From the NCBI RefSeq assembly GCF_001194135.2, contig NC_068993.1, forward strand, positions 22,119,278 to 22,183,277: a DNA stretch of 64,000 nucleotides, written 5' to 3'. The stretch's first letter is position 1. Every line of letters starts with the position of its first letter. Made by a program: the position numbers and the translations under genes. The notes below the pieces were generated by a model. The model had not been told where the DNA came from. It made no database searches and was given only the letters and a program-made list of their open reading frames with translations. Origin of the DNA: Octopus bimaculoides. Its lineage: Eukaryota. Below are positions 52,101 through 64,000 of this stretch, in pieces.

Positions 52101-52779
52101 CAAAATGCAGTAGGAATGAATTTTGAGTAACCGTTAACATAATTCAATTTACTTTAACATATAGATGACTTAAGTTTACTTTTTACTTCCCCATTCTTAC
52201 AAACACCAAGTAGATAGTTAACTCGCTTTGTGGTCATGAGTGCACCACACCTCATGTGTGCGTATGCTCACGTTTTTGTGGATGCTTGTATAAGAGAGTG
52301 AACTCGCGTCATGCAGCTTGCCCGAGTGAATTTATACATCTATATTTTTTAACGGTTATTTTTAATACTTTTCTCGCTGGATTGCGTGTTCGTTTCTTTT
52401 TTTGCCATCTGTGATTTTGTTTTTGATCTTCTATATAATTGAAGATATTTCCTCCGTCTGGCTGCTTTCCTTTCTACAAACCAAGAAGTTACATTGCGAG
52501 ACTGATACTTTAACGAGTTGTATTCATTTATCACCCGACGAGATACATCTGCACTGTCAGATGCTCCTGAACCAGTTGCTGAGTATCCCTCCCATGAGGG
52601 ATCTATGCTAGATGTGTTGAAACACTTGTCGTGATTAATGATAAATTCTCGTATATTCCATCTTCCGGCTTTCATTTGCCAAAAGACTTTCTCACTTCCC
52701 GAGCGTTAAACTAATGCATCTGTTTATTGTTTACACACCCGTCTTCGTCTTTTTTTTTAATTCTCACTATATATTACAT

Positions 52780-53850
52780 GCTCACGAGGTCGCACCAGTT
52801 TTATCCTTTCTCCACATCCACTTCGAACTTTTCTTGGACTATTCTACCTGGATTCTCTACCTGGACTTTCTTCTACTCTTCTACTCTACACATCTCCAGA
52901 TATCTTGACACTGTCCTTGCCCCTAGTGGCTTCCCTCCCGTCTCACATCCATGACACCAACCATGCTCTTCGTTTGTTCAACTCTTTCTCCTTCCCTCCT
53001 AGCCCATCTAAACTTCTCTTCACTCTTGACATCAAGAGTCTATACACGGTGATCCCTCACCACGAGGGTCTGCGTGCACTCCAACATTTTCTTGACCTTC
53101 GACCCAACCCCCAACCTGACACATCCACACTCCTTCATCTGGCCGAACTTGTCCTTTCATTTAACTGCTTCTCGTTCGCGGGTAATTTTTACCAGCTTCT
53201 CTCGGGAGTGGCCACGGGAACGAGAATGGGCCCCAACTATGCGAACCTGTTCGTTGGCTACGTTGAGGCCCATATATTCTCAAGTTTCGCTTGTCCCACT
53301 CCTGAAATATATGGTCGTTATATCCATGACTGTGTTGGTGCGACCTTACTCTCCCGCGAAAATGTACTCTTTTGTCAAATCTTTTCATCCTGCACTCCAA
53401 TTCTCCTGCACTGTTTCCGACACTTCAGTCACTTTTCTCGATATTTCGGTCAGTATTCATTACTCCACTCTCACCACCTCCATCCACTACAAACACACAG
53501 ACTCACACTCATCCCTCAACTTCTCATCCTACCCTACCCCCTCCAAGCTCTCCATCCCTATTCCCAATTCCTCATCTACTGCATCTCCTGTTCTCTCTGT
53601 CCTTCTTTATACATCGGTCAAATGGGACACCGCTTGGCTGACCAGTTCACGCCATACCTCCGAAACATCCGACTCGGCAATGACAACCCGGTCTCGCGCC
53701 ATTTCCGTTCTACCGGTCACTCTTTACAACACCTATCTGTGTTCGGATTGTCCTTGCACAGGCACCATCGGAACTCCGTCTTCGCCGTGAGCAGGGATTA
53801 ATCCTCTCTCTTCGCTCCTTTGCGCCATATGGGCTCAACCCTCCTCTCCC
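52780..53850 (+). mobile_element. Penelope-like element (RT plus GIY-YIG), decayed; Poseidon-like
   Basis: ORF 52905-53801: LFTLDIKSLYTVIPHHEGL, GVATGTRMGPNYANLFVG, GRYIHD (RYIDD), CSLCPSLYIGQ, PVSRHF..GH. Confidence 0.9.
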
Positions 53851-54774
53851 CTTCATCTAACCCTCCTCCTCTCTCTTCTCTTCCTCTCACACCTACTTCC
53901 TCCAACCCACCTCTCCTTTCTCGCTCTCGCACCTACCTCCTCTGTTCACTCCTACCCACCTTCTCCCTCCTCCATCTGTTTTCATTGTCACCCCTCCCTC
54001 GTTACCCCATCCCGACACAATCGAACTCCACCATCCCTATACATTCCNNNNNNNNNNNNNNNNNNNNNNNNNNNNNNNNNNNNNNNNNNNNNNNNNNNNN
54101 NNNNNNNNNNNNNNNNNNNNNNNNNNNNNNNNNNNNNNNNNNNNNNNNNNNNNNNNNNNNNNNNNNNNNNNNNNNNNNNNNNNNNNNNNNNNNNNNNNNN
54201 NNNNNNNNNNNNNNNNNNNNNNNNNNNNNNNNNNNNNNNNNNNNNNNNNNNNNNNNNNNNNNNNNNNNNNNNNNNNNNNNNNNNNNNNNNNNNNNNNNNN
54301 NNNNNNNNNNNNNNNNNNNNNNNNNNNNNNNNNNNNNNNNNNNNNNNNNNNNNNNNNNNNNNNNNNNNNNNNNNNNNNNNNNNNNNNNNNNNNNNNNNNN
54401 NNNNNNNNNNNNNNNNNNNNNNNNNNNNNNNNNNNNNNNNNNNNNNNNNNNNNNNNNNNNNNNNNNNNNNNNNNNNNNNNNNNNNNNNNNNNNNNNNNNN
54501 NNNNNNNNNNNNNNNNNNNNNNNNNNNNNNNNNNNNNNNNNNNNNNNNNNNNNNNNNNNNNNNNNNNNNNNNNNNNNNNNNNNNNNNNNNNNNNNNNNNN
54601 NNNNNNNNNNNNNNNNNNNNNNNNNNNNNNNNNNNNNNNNNNNNNATATATATATATATATATATATACAAGGTAACAAACTGAGGAAAAGAAATCCTTC
54701 AAATGGTGTGTTAAACATCCAATTCACTGGTACTTCAGTTGGATACCATATAAATATTGGTAAAATACAATAAT

Positions 54775-55620
54775 AAAGATAAATTAAATATAGAGATATT
54801 CTATTGACATTCAATAATTTATTTATAATACAATATTACACTAAATCATATGAATATAATATATAACATAACATAATATTATATAAATAATTATAAAAAC
54901 TATAAAAGTCCAACAAATTCTTTCGACTTATATATATTTCTTCTGCTATACATAATCACAGTTCAATTATATATAAGTCACTTCAGGTCCCATCGGTTCA
55001 GAAAGACGACATCCCGCCTGGAAAGGACGGCTGGATTGTAAAAATTAATTCAAACGTCTGTGTTATGAGCGTGAACGTTAATTATTCAATCTTACACCAA
55101 TTACCATAAAAAAACAACAAAAACATTTTAACGGACGATACAATCAACTAAGTGCAATCCACAACCAACGAAATTCATTTCATTATATCTCAGACATATA
55201 CCAATTGAAACCCTTTTATGGCCAAGATAATCTCTTGTTATCACAACATACAATAATAATATATGTGTGTATATAAACGCATATAGTTAAGTATTTAAGT
55301 CTTCTCCAACGTGCAAGCAAAAACTATATAAACAATTATATCTTCAATACAACAACCCTTTTATCTATTTAAATTAGTTGGTATAAAAAAATTGGTTTGT
55401 ATCGACGTTTTCTGTCGATTCACTATAATTGAAATGTGATTATGTATATCAGAAAAATATATATAAGTCCTAACAATTTGTTAGACTTTTACGATTTTTA
55501 TAATTATTTATATAATATTATGTTATGTTATATATTATATTTATAGTATTTAATGTAATATTGTAATATAAATAAATTATTGGATTGTCAATAGGTTATC
55601 TCTATATTTAATTTATCTTT
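54775..55620. repeat. Foldback with 197-bp inverted arms (54775-54971 / 55424-55620)
   Basis: AAAGATAAATTAAATATAGAGATA...CATAATCACAGTTCAATTATA matches the reverse complement of the right arm; flanked by (TA)n tracts and gaps. Confidence 0.9.
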
Positions 55621-55926
55621 ATATATATATATATATATNNNNNNNNNNNNNNNNNNNNNNNNNNNNNNNNNNNNNNNNNNNNNNNNNNNNNNNNNNNNNN
55701 NNNNNNNNNNNNNNNNNNNNNNNNNNNNNNNNNNNNNNNNNNNNNNNNNNNNNNNNNNNNNNNNNNNNNNNNNNNNNNNNNNNNNNNNNNNNNNNNNNNN
55801 NNNNNNNNNNNNNNNNNNNNNNNNNNNATATGTATGCATATATATATATATATGTATGTATGTATGTATGTATATATATATATGTATGTATATATACATA
55901 TATCAAGAGATAGATAGATAGATAGG

Positions 55927-55985
<59 letters not shown>

Positions 55986-56387
55986 TAATGGCCGATCTAT
56001 AGAGTTACCCAGGGTTTCATGTCCATAAAGCGCTTAACTTTAGGGTCTGAAGAGACGTCGTAAAGCGAAGCGATTTAGGGACTTGAAATCCTGAGTAACC
56101 ACATAAATCGGTCATAATTATCTTTAATTTATCCTACTGCTCTAATATTACAATGTGCTCCTGTTTTGGATTTATGACATATGTGTGTGTATGTGTATGT
56201 GTGTATGCGTGTGTGCGTGCTTTGTTGTGTATGTGCATGCGTGCGTGGGTGTTGGTATGTGTGTTCGTGTGCGTGTGTGTGTGTGTATTTGTGTGTATGT
56301 GTGTATTTGTGTGTGTGTGTGTGTGTGATAACAATGATGATATTGATCATACATAATATTTGCGATTGCAATAATTTATGTACAACA

Positions 56388-56585
56388 AAGCGGCGAATTG
56401 TTAGCGCGACGGATAGGATACTTGGCAGCTCTTCGTCCATATTTTCGTTCAAATTCAAAAGGGGTCAACATTACATTTTATCCTTTCAGGGTCCATAGAA
56501 TAAGTACGAGTTAAATAATAGGATCGATGTAATCGATTTATCCCTTCTCCCGAAATTGCTGGCCATGTGCCACAGTTTGAAATCA
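56388..56585 (+). mobile_element. SINE-1 (tail type B)
   Basis: AAGCGGCGAATTG..GTTCAAATT..GATGTAATCGATT..GGCCATGTGCCACAGTTTGAAATC. Confidence 0.8.
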
Positions 56586-56828
56586 ATAATCTATAGAGAA
56601 AAGCTTCAATATTCCAAGTGAGAAATACATAGTGCTTTCATGAGGAAATAGATGTTCGGATTTCTGTTCAACTCCATTTTCGATACGTGTATATAAATGT
56701 ATTTCAGCTGTTCATTTTACTCTACTAACAATGGTCTCAAGCTACAAACTTCCTTATAAGATATTTAATGATACCAATTTTGCGTTTACACCCTAAGATA
56801 CTAATTTATAGCTGTAATCTAACACACT

Positions 56829-56884
<56 letters not shown>

Positions 56885-57158
56885 CTGAAATATATGATTT
56901 TATATATACACACACATACATACATATACATATATACGTATAAACGTGGGCGGACAACTTTTATGAATGTAGTTAATAATGTACGTAATATGTATGTGTG
57001 TCTGTGTGTGGGTGCATGTGTCTGTGTGTATGTGCGCGTGCGTGGGTTGAGTCGTCATATTTATCAATAAACTCAAGAAATGAATTTACAAGCGATATAC
57101 TTAAGTATGTACTTTGCAGAGCAGAGACAAGGAGGCGGACACAGACAGACAAACATAC

Positions 57159-57233
<75 letters not shown>

Positions 57234-59299
57234 CATTTAGATATTTAGATGACTATCAGTGTAAGCTGGAAACTCTTGTCTGATTGTTTATGAGTTTATT
57301 TGTTTGTGCGCGTGCTTTATTAGAAAAGTTCGTCCCTGTGCTTCGTTTTTTGTATTATCTACCCTAATATGTATTTCATATCAGCAAATACGATTTATAT
57401 GAGGATTTAACCCTTAGTCATAGATTTTTCGTGTAGACAACCTAGAACTTTTCTTAATATCAAGAATAAATTTCCTTTCCATTTCTATCAATCATACACA
57501 ACGTGCGTTCATTATTGAACTTTGTATTCATCTGAAAAATGTGATATTCAGTGTCAAAGTTCAAACTGACCAAATACATAATTCATTATTATATATTAAA
57601 AAAATAATAAAGCATTCTTTACAATGTGCCGTTCAGCTGATTGGGTCTGCAAGTGTCAATTGGTTTGACCCTAACTTGATGTCCGTGTTGTTTTCTAGAA
57701 TAAAATAGATTTCAAATACAAAAGCTAATATTTCATCGACTGACTTTAATAGCATTCAATTCCATTATGTCATAATCAATGCCTCTTTAGTCCTTATTAT
57801 TCGAAGTTGTTGATATTGGTAGTATTCAATTTCATTTGACTATTACTTCTACTTGACAGAGAAAATCTGTGGAGCTTCGAACAAAGAGTTTTCCTCTTTA
57901 ATTTGTGAGCTCAAATCCCAACAGAATCGGATTTGACTTTCATCATTATAGAATGAGTAAAATAGAGTCGATTTTCTCGAATGCTACTAACTCCAAAATA
58001 TGTAGACTTGATTTCTAACATGAAAATCATTATGTATCTTCTTGTTCTTTTATTACTATGTTGTTATGTTAGTGTTGTTGCTGCTGACGTGTTATAATTG
58101 TGATTAAAACCTTGCAATTTCATTCATAGTCGTATTATTGATCTTTGTCTTTGGCTATTTTACTATTCTTACTATTGTAATTGTTTGTTTTTGCTTTGTC
58201 TTGTTTCTCCGTGCATTTTTTTCTTCTGGTTCTTAGACTTTTCGCGTGGTTTCACGACTTCAGTTTACTATCTTCTAGTTCAGTATCTTCTGGTGGTTTA
58301 CTTGATCAAAATACTGATATCTTCTCCTTTATTCCAAACAAAGTTTCTAATTTATTATCTGATATAAAAATAACTGGTTTTACCATTTGCTTCTTAGCTT
58401 TGATGAAAGGAATACCTAGAGCGGAATTAACAGATATTTTTGCCGGGAATGTGGTATAATTGATTTCAAAGAGCAGACTTGATGACACAGTAAAGCTAAT
58501 AATTTAATAATCATTATTTCTTCTTATCTGTATATTCTTTTAGATAAAGTGGTACTTTCTTTGATGACTCTTGGTATATTTTTTTAATTTTCATATCTTT
58601 TCTTATATTTCTTGTCTTTTTGTGATGTAGATTATACTTCAGAATAACTGCTACATTGTTTGTTGTTTAATAAATGTTATAACGATTACCGCCTCAATTC
58701 TCTTGATATTTAAATAGTGTATACGTATATTTAATTGAACCTGCTTTCATTTCACTGTACATTATTTACTCCTTTGTATTACAGCGATCATATTTGCTAA
58801 ATTATCACAGCTTAATGAATAGTTGGTTAATTTGTATGAAAAGATTAGACACTGTTCTTGGATTAGTCAAAAAATTAGTTAGAGTCAAGGCATGAGGTAT
58901 ATTATGTCGAAAATGTCTATTTCACAAAGTGTGTGGTACGCAATCTAAGTATTAGAAAATTTGGCAGAATCTGCAGTAAGTAACAACTTTTTATCGTGGA
59001 AAACGTTGCAGGCTGACGTGCATTAGAAAGAGAACGTTTCCGTATCAGACCGAATATTATTTTTTTTTTTCATACGACTTATTATATTGGGCTGTTACCC
59101 AATCTCAGGATTGTGTAGAGAATATTGCACCAGCAGATGTTTAGGACGGAAATGTTGGGGTTATTTGAGGTAGAAATTCTGTTTTTTCTTCTTTTTTTAG
59201 CAAATTTGCCTAAATTAAATTGATGAGTTGTTCATAGATTTTGATAGATTGTGTTATACGTTGTTCACAAATTATAGTTATGTTGCACAATAGAGGCTT

Positions 59300-59460
59300 T
59301 ATTGTTTAGCCATTTGCCAGCCCTGATTAACCAGCCATAACCATTTCGCCAATCTTTTGCAATCATCTACTTGAACATTAAAGTATCTTTTTTTTTTTTC
59401 TTTTAAAAGGGTATTGTGTAATTTGAAGGAGAGATATCTGTTTTCTAACTTCTTTGGTTC
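59300..59460 (-). repeat. Dispersed repeat A, diverged copy
   Basis: TTTAGCC..CAGCCCTGAT..AAGGGTATTGTGTAATTTGAAGGAGAGAT..TTTTCTA is roughly the reverse complement of repeat A. Confidence 0.4.
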
Positions 59461-59841
59461 GTAGTAAGAAGTATGTCCTCGCGGTGAGTAATGTCTTGGA
59501 ATACTGAAGGAAGCACATCTGTTTCTAAAACTAAAGTGTGAAAGAAATAATGAAGTATGTTTCAGATCAGGTTAAATCAAAAGTTTTTGATAAATCGTCA
59601 TGGTCTTTTCGATAAGCGCGAATCAGAAAGATAGTATACACATTCATTCTTAATAGGTTCCGGCAGATTCGAAGACAAATATTCTAATTGCATAATTCCT
59701 TTGCACAAATCAAAATACAACAGGGATTGTGAATGAATATGTATATCATCGTTCTGATTCTCACTGCTCATCGGGTACATGACAATTTATTATCAGTTAG
59801 CGGGTACCAGTGTCAGCAAATATATATATATTGCTGAGTTT

Positions 59842-60086
59842 ATAGGTGAAGGCGTGGCATAGGCATAGGTGTGTATGTATGTGTCTTTGTGTCTATGCTT
59901 GTTCCCCCAACACCGCTTGGCAACTGGTATTGGTGTAACCGTAACTTAGCGGTTCGGCAAATGATACCGATAGAATAAGTGTCAGGCTTTAAAAATAAGT
60001 ATTGTAGCCGATTCATTCGACTAAAAATTCTTCGGAGCAGTGCTCCAGTATGGTTGCAATCTCATGACTGAAAGAAGTAAAAGATT
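59842..60086 (+). mobile_element. SINE-2, internally deleted (head stub plus 3' part)
   Basis: ATAGGTGAAGGCGTGGC stub, TG-rich spacer, GTAACTTAGCGGTTCGGCAAA..GTGCTCCAGTATGG..GACTGAAAGAAGTAAAAG; linkage to 8486 is from memory of the family. Confidence 0.5.
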
Positions 60087-62653
60087 AAACGCTAAAGGCT
60101 ATTGTGAGATCCATTATTCTGCAATCGCTTTCGCTGAGACACAAGGTCCTGAAGTCCCCTTACTCTAATGAATCGGATGTGTTATGAACACGCATCCGTC
60201 TGCAAGGAGCTACTCTCCAGTGTCGAATTACACCAGCGATTAGCATATTCACTTTTGAATCTACTGCAACATATTAAGGATGCATATGTATAACATCGCT
60301 CATAAATCATTTATAGCAAAAGAACTGCTAGTTGCCAAGCATTGTTGATATTTTATATACGCAGGTTCTATCATTGTTACATACACATCATTCGAATATT
60401 CTTGCACACATTTAAGCATCTAAGCAAATGTACGAGTGTGCGTATGTGTCCTAGACTCCGAGCGGTTGTGAGTACATAACACAGTACGTTTAAAAATATT
60501 TTCAGTTTAACACAAACATATCAAATGTTTCCTCAGGCTGGTGTAGTAACATGTTTACACAGAGGTAGCTCATTTGAAATGTTTCCTAAATGTAACAAAA
60601 CAAGATATTGCAAATGTATTCAACGTATAGACAATAAGTGAACTTTGTGTACGGAAACGAAATTGTTTGATTAAGAGTTAAGATTGTGTTATAAATATTT
60701 AACAGTTTATCTTCCCTTGAGTCAATTCAATCAATATACTTCAGTTCTATATAAAATATATGTTATAGCTACGTTCCTACCCAAAAACATATTTAAATTT
60801 TTGTCATTATTAATCGATCTTCAATTGTTTAAATAATGGGTGGAAAAACAGAGAGACAGTGTGCGATTCCTAGTTGTAGTAAACTTATTTCACTCCTAAA
60901 TAATACTACTATTACTGTTAGTAATACTACAAACCAAAATATAGTCTGCCTTCTTTTCAATAGTTACATCTAATCACTTATAACTCTGCATTACTGATGA
61001 GTAGCTTCCAGGCTGCAGTTCAGAGTACTATAGACTTTGGAAAGAAATTGAGCAAGAGAATCCGCTCCATTTTCCCGCCATATGAGATTTGTCACCTTTT
61101 CTAGTTGATTTGAATCTTGCTATCTTCTCTGATTACAAGCTGCGTTTTGAATATTCCAAATGTATCTTATAACTAATTTATTCTGTATTTAATTTCTCAT
61201 CATGTACATTACTCACTTATTTCCAAAGAATTCTCATACAATAAGAAAAACACAAGATTATATCGCATAACAGTCGAAAACAGTTTTCTAAACAACTATT
61301 TTCGATTTCTAATATTTCACGAATATTTGCATTGATAATCTTTTTAATTCAGTTACAACAAAATACATCTATAGCAACTGAATATGAACTGAATCTTCAC
61401 GGTGCCATTTCAGACCATTCAACTTCTTATCTTTTATACTGTTTACTTAGTCAAACATGGTTGCAAAAAATTCATGACCTTTCTAATTTTTGTTTTTGTT
61501 TTATTTTAATTTTTGTTTTTCATTAATGTCAGAGCTTATTATGACGAGTAGATGTGGCATTTCTGGAGCCCTTTCTTCTTTTTTTTATCAGTTTTCTTTA
61601 TCATTTTCTCTTCTGACACGCCTAAAAAACCTAAGCAATATTCCATCCTTTCCGTTCATTTTCATTTCGTAATGTTATATTGTATATTTATATATTTATT
61701 TACATCTACAAGTGCTGGTTCTTTCCAGTGTCTTAATGCTTGAAACTATAATTCTACTTCAGTTTATGTTGCTATAAACATTGTTATTTATGACTAGAAA
61801 TCGATTCCCCACTTCTTTTGCTGCTAGTATTCTGACAAGTATTTAGATGCCTCCGTCGAAGTGATTCCTATACATACGATCTATATTGATAACTATATAA
61901 GCTCCAATCTCCCTAATTAAATATCAGACTATCTATCTATTATGTATATGTATGTCTATGTGTGTGTATATATATATATATATGTATGTGTGTATATACA
62001 TATATATGCATCAGAAATTCTCTCTCACACACACACACTAATATACATACACACACAAGGACACACGCGCGCGCGCACGCACATACTCTCACACACACAC
62101 ATACACACACACATACACATACACACACACATATATATAGAGAGAGAAAAAAAGAGAGAGAGGAAGGGTCTCTTGTCAAACAGAACCACATGAAGACGGA
62201 TATCAAGATAAACTGGAGAATAGAAATTTAAAGTCAATTTTGACATCCACCGCCATCTTAGAATATCAATGTCGTAAGGCTGTACATTCTAGTTTTGCTA
62301 TCTGAGTGCCTCACACCAACCTAAGAAGGTAAAACGATAAAAAATATTAAGATGAGTCAATCATATAATCATATAATGACGGATCATAATGGAAAATTAA
62401 TTTTTCTGTCGCCTTTATAAAATATTGTGACATTTGTTCAGAGATAGCAGTGAGTGCCTAACATCATATATCAAACTATGCCACTACAGGGACGGTAGGA
62501 TTATGAGAACCGAAACCGAAGGACATTACACTAGTGCACATTAATTAATAATTCACTTCTTACATTCCCTCTCAGAAATATACCCTTTCTTTCTTACCTC
62601 CCCTAATTAATACCCTATTTCCTGAATTTACTTACACTTCCTCTCGTCGCATT

Positions 62654-62708
<55 letters not shown>

Positions 62709-62731
62709 NNNNNNNNNNATTTCTTTCTCTC

Positions 62732-62763
<32 letters not shown>

Positions 62764-63922
62764 ACTCTCTTTCTCTCTTTCTTTATATCCTGTCTATAAG
62801 TTATGTATAGGGAATTCTATGTAGGCACATCCAGAAATCTCATTGGAGATATATTATCTGAAAGAGGTCATGTTTAATATCAATGCAGTTCTTGCGTTTG
62901 ATAGTATAAGTTTATTGTAATTTGTTTCCAACTCAAATAAAACGCATTCAGAAGACAGGACTAAGTCAGGCAGAACTAGCCAAAAAGTTCGAATCTTTGT
63001 TTTTTAACTATACTACATCATCAGAGTAGTTCGGATTTCGATGCGAAAAGAAATACTGTACACAACAGAGCTCAAATTTTGTTACAAAGAAATTTTCTTT
63101 AATACTTCTGTGATTTTTCTGTATATGGGGAAATTTTTATCCATCACTGACACTGTCCGTAATGTAGAAATTCAAATTGCCGCTACCAAGCTTGGTATAT
63201 GGCATCAAGAATATGGAAGTTTGTGATAAGTGATTATGGCCATTCAGAATTTGCCATGGAATTGCACATGGTGAAATAGTCATTGCAACAACCAAGGACC
63301 GTACCATTCAGGAAAAAATAGTGAATTTTAGCTAAATGTAATAGGCTCCAAATTTCTGAAATATAAAATGTTCTCCACGTCCTCAGCATGTAATTCACAC
63401 GTGAATTTATTATTTTAATCTGAGGAGTTGATTTTGTTTGAAACGGATCAAAGTAATTACACAAATCAGCAAGAATGCATCAATAAAGAAAAAAAACCCT
63501 TCATAACCAAATTCCAGCCACGTTTAAATATATGTGGCAGAATAAGGAAGAAAACAACTACCACCAACGCATCTGCGAACTATGCTAAAGTTACCACAGC
63601 GACTGCTCATACACTAACGATTTCTACAGCCAATGACTGTCCACCTACCAATGCTGCTACTTTTGCTAAAAGCCCTACATGTAGCCTCTTTCACTATCAG
63701 CCGCGGTGGCTACAGCTGCTGCTACTTCTATCCTACAGCAATTAGAAGGAAGCCAAGCAGTAACAATGTGACAACTTTGAATGATAAATTTAATTTATGC
63801 TTTTTTTCCTTTTATTCCAGCTTGGCTAAATCAACATCATGATGCTATGCTATTCAAACAGCTTGTTTAGATAGAAATATTTTAGATAGAAATACAAATA
63901 CTTTCTTACTTTCTCCGAGTAT

Positions 63923-63924
<2 letters not shown>

Positions 63925-64000
<76 letters not shown>
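63925..64000. repeat. (CA)n microsatellite at the window end
   Basis: Seen directly in the sequence. Confidence 0.95.

Noticed and set aside
801-56585. tRNA genes
   Set aside because: Box A/B heads continue into SINE cores, with no complete cloverleaf.
58300-58490. Hydrophobic 60-aa ORF (SSSLLFEINYTTFPAKISVNSALGIPF) as a terminal exon
   Set aside because: Short, no recognisable family, weak acceptor.
63160-63300. Repeated EIxIAxTK peptide
   Set aside because: The 106-nt spacing is out of frame, with stops in between; likely chance or a decayed local duplication.
516-63842. Most ORFs in the track (poly-I/N/Y/L, CV/HT/IY repeats, X runs)
   Set aside because: They are translations of (AAT)n, (TG)n, (TA)n, (TAGA)n and N-gaps.

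Overview
AT-rich, microsatellite-saturated animal genomic DNA from a gapped assembly, with N-runs mostly abutting simple repeats. The repeat families look like those of an octopod cephalopod (Octopus-like); this is inferred from memory of these repeats, not from a database search. I cannot recognise any intact host protein-coding gene, rRNA, true tRNA or CRISPR array, and most ORFs in the track are microsatellite or gap artefacts. The window is a transposon graveyard. It holds about 25 copies of one tRNA-headed SINE (SINE-1), a few copies of other SINE-like families, and many fragments of an R4/Dong-clade RLE LINE plus one Hero-like end. It also holds Penelope RT and GIY-YIG relics, Tc1/mariner relics (DD34D-type mariner, three DD37D/maT pieces, a near full-length DD36E Tc1), a Helitron helicase relic and MITEs. 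The most notable patterns are: (1) SINE-1 and the R4/Dong LINE sit in the same (AAT)n/(AAC)n microsatellites with opposite polarity; (2) Penelope-type hammerhead ribozyme motifs upstream of (TA)n tracts; (3) four inverted-repeat/foldback structures of different ages; (4) a cluster of short, locally templated insertions at 33.8-37.3 kb; (5) apparent gene conversion between two SINE copies; (6) a DD36E (Incomer-like) Tc1 element in an apparent mollusc.
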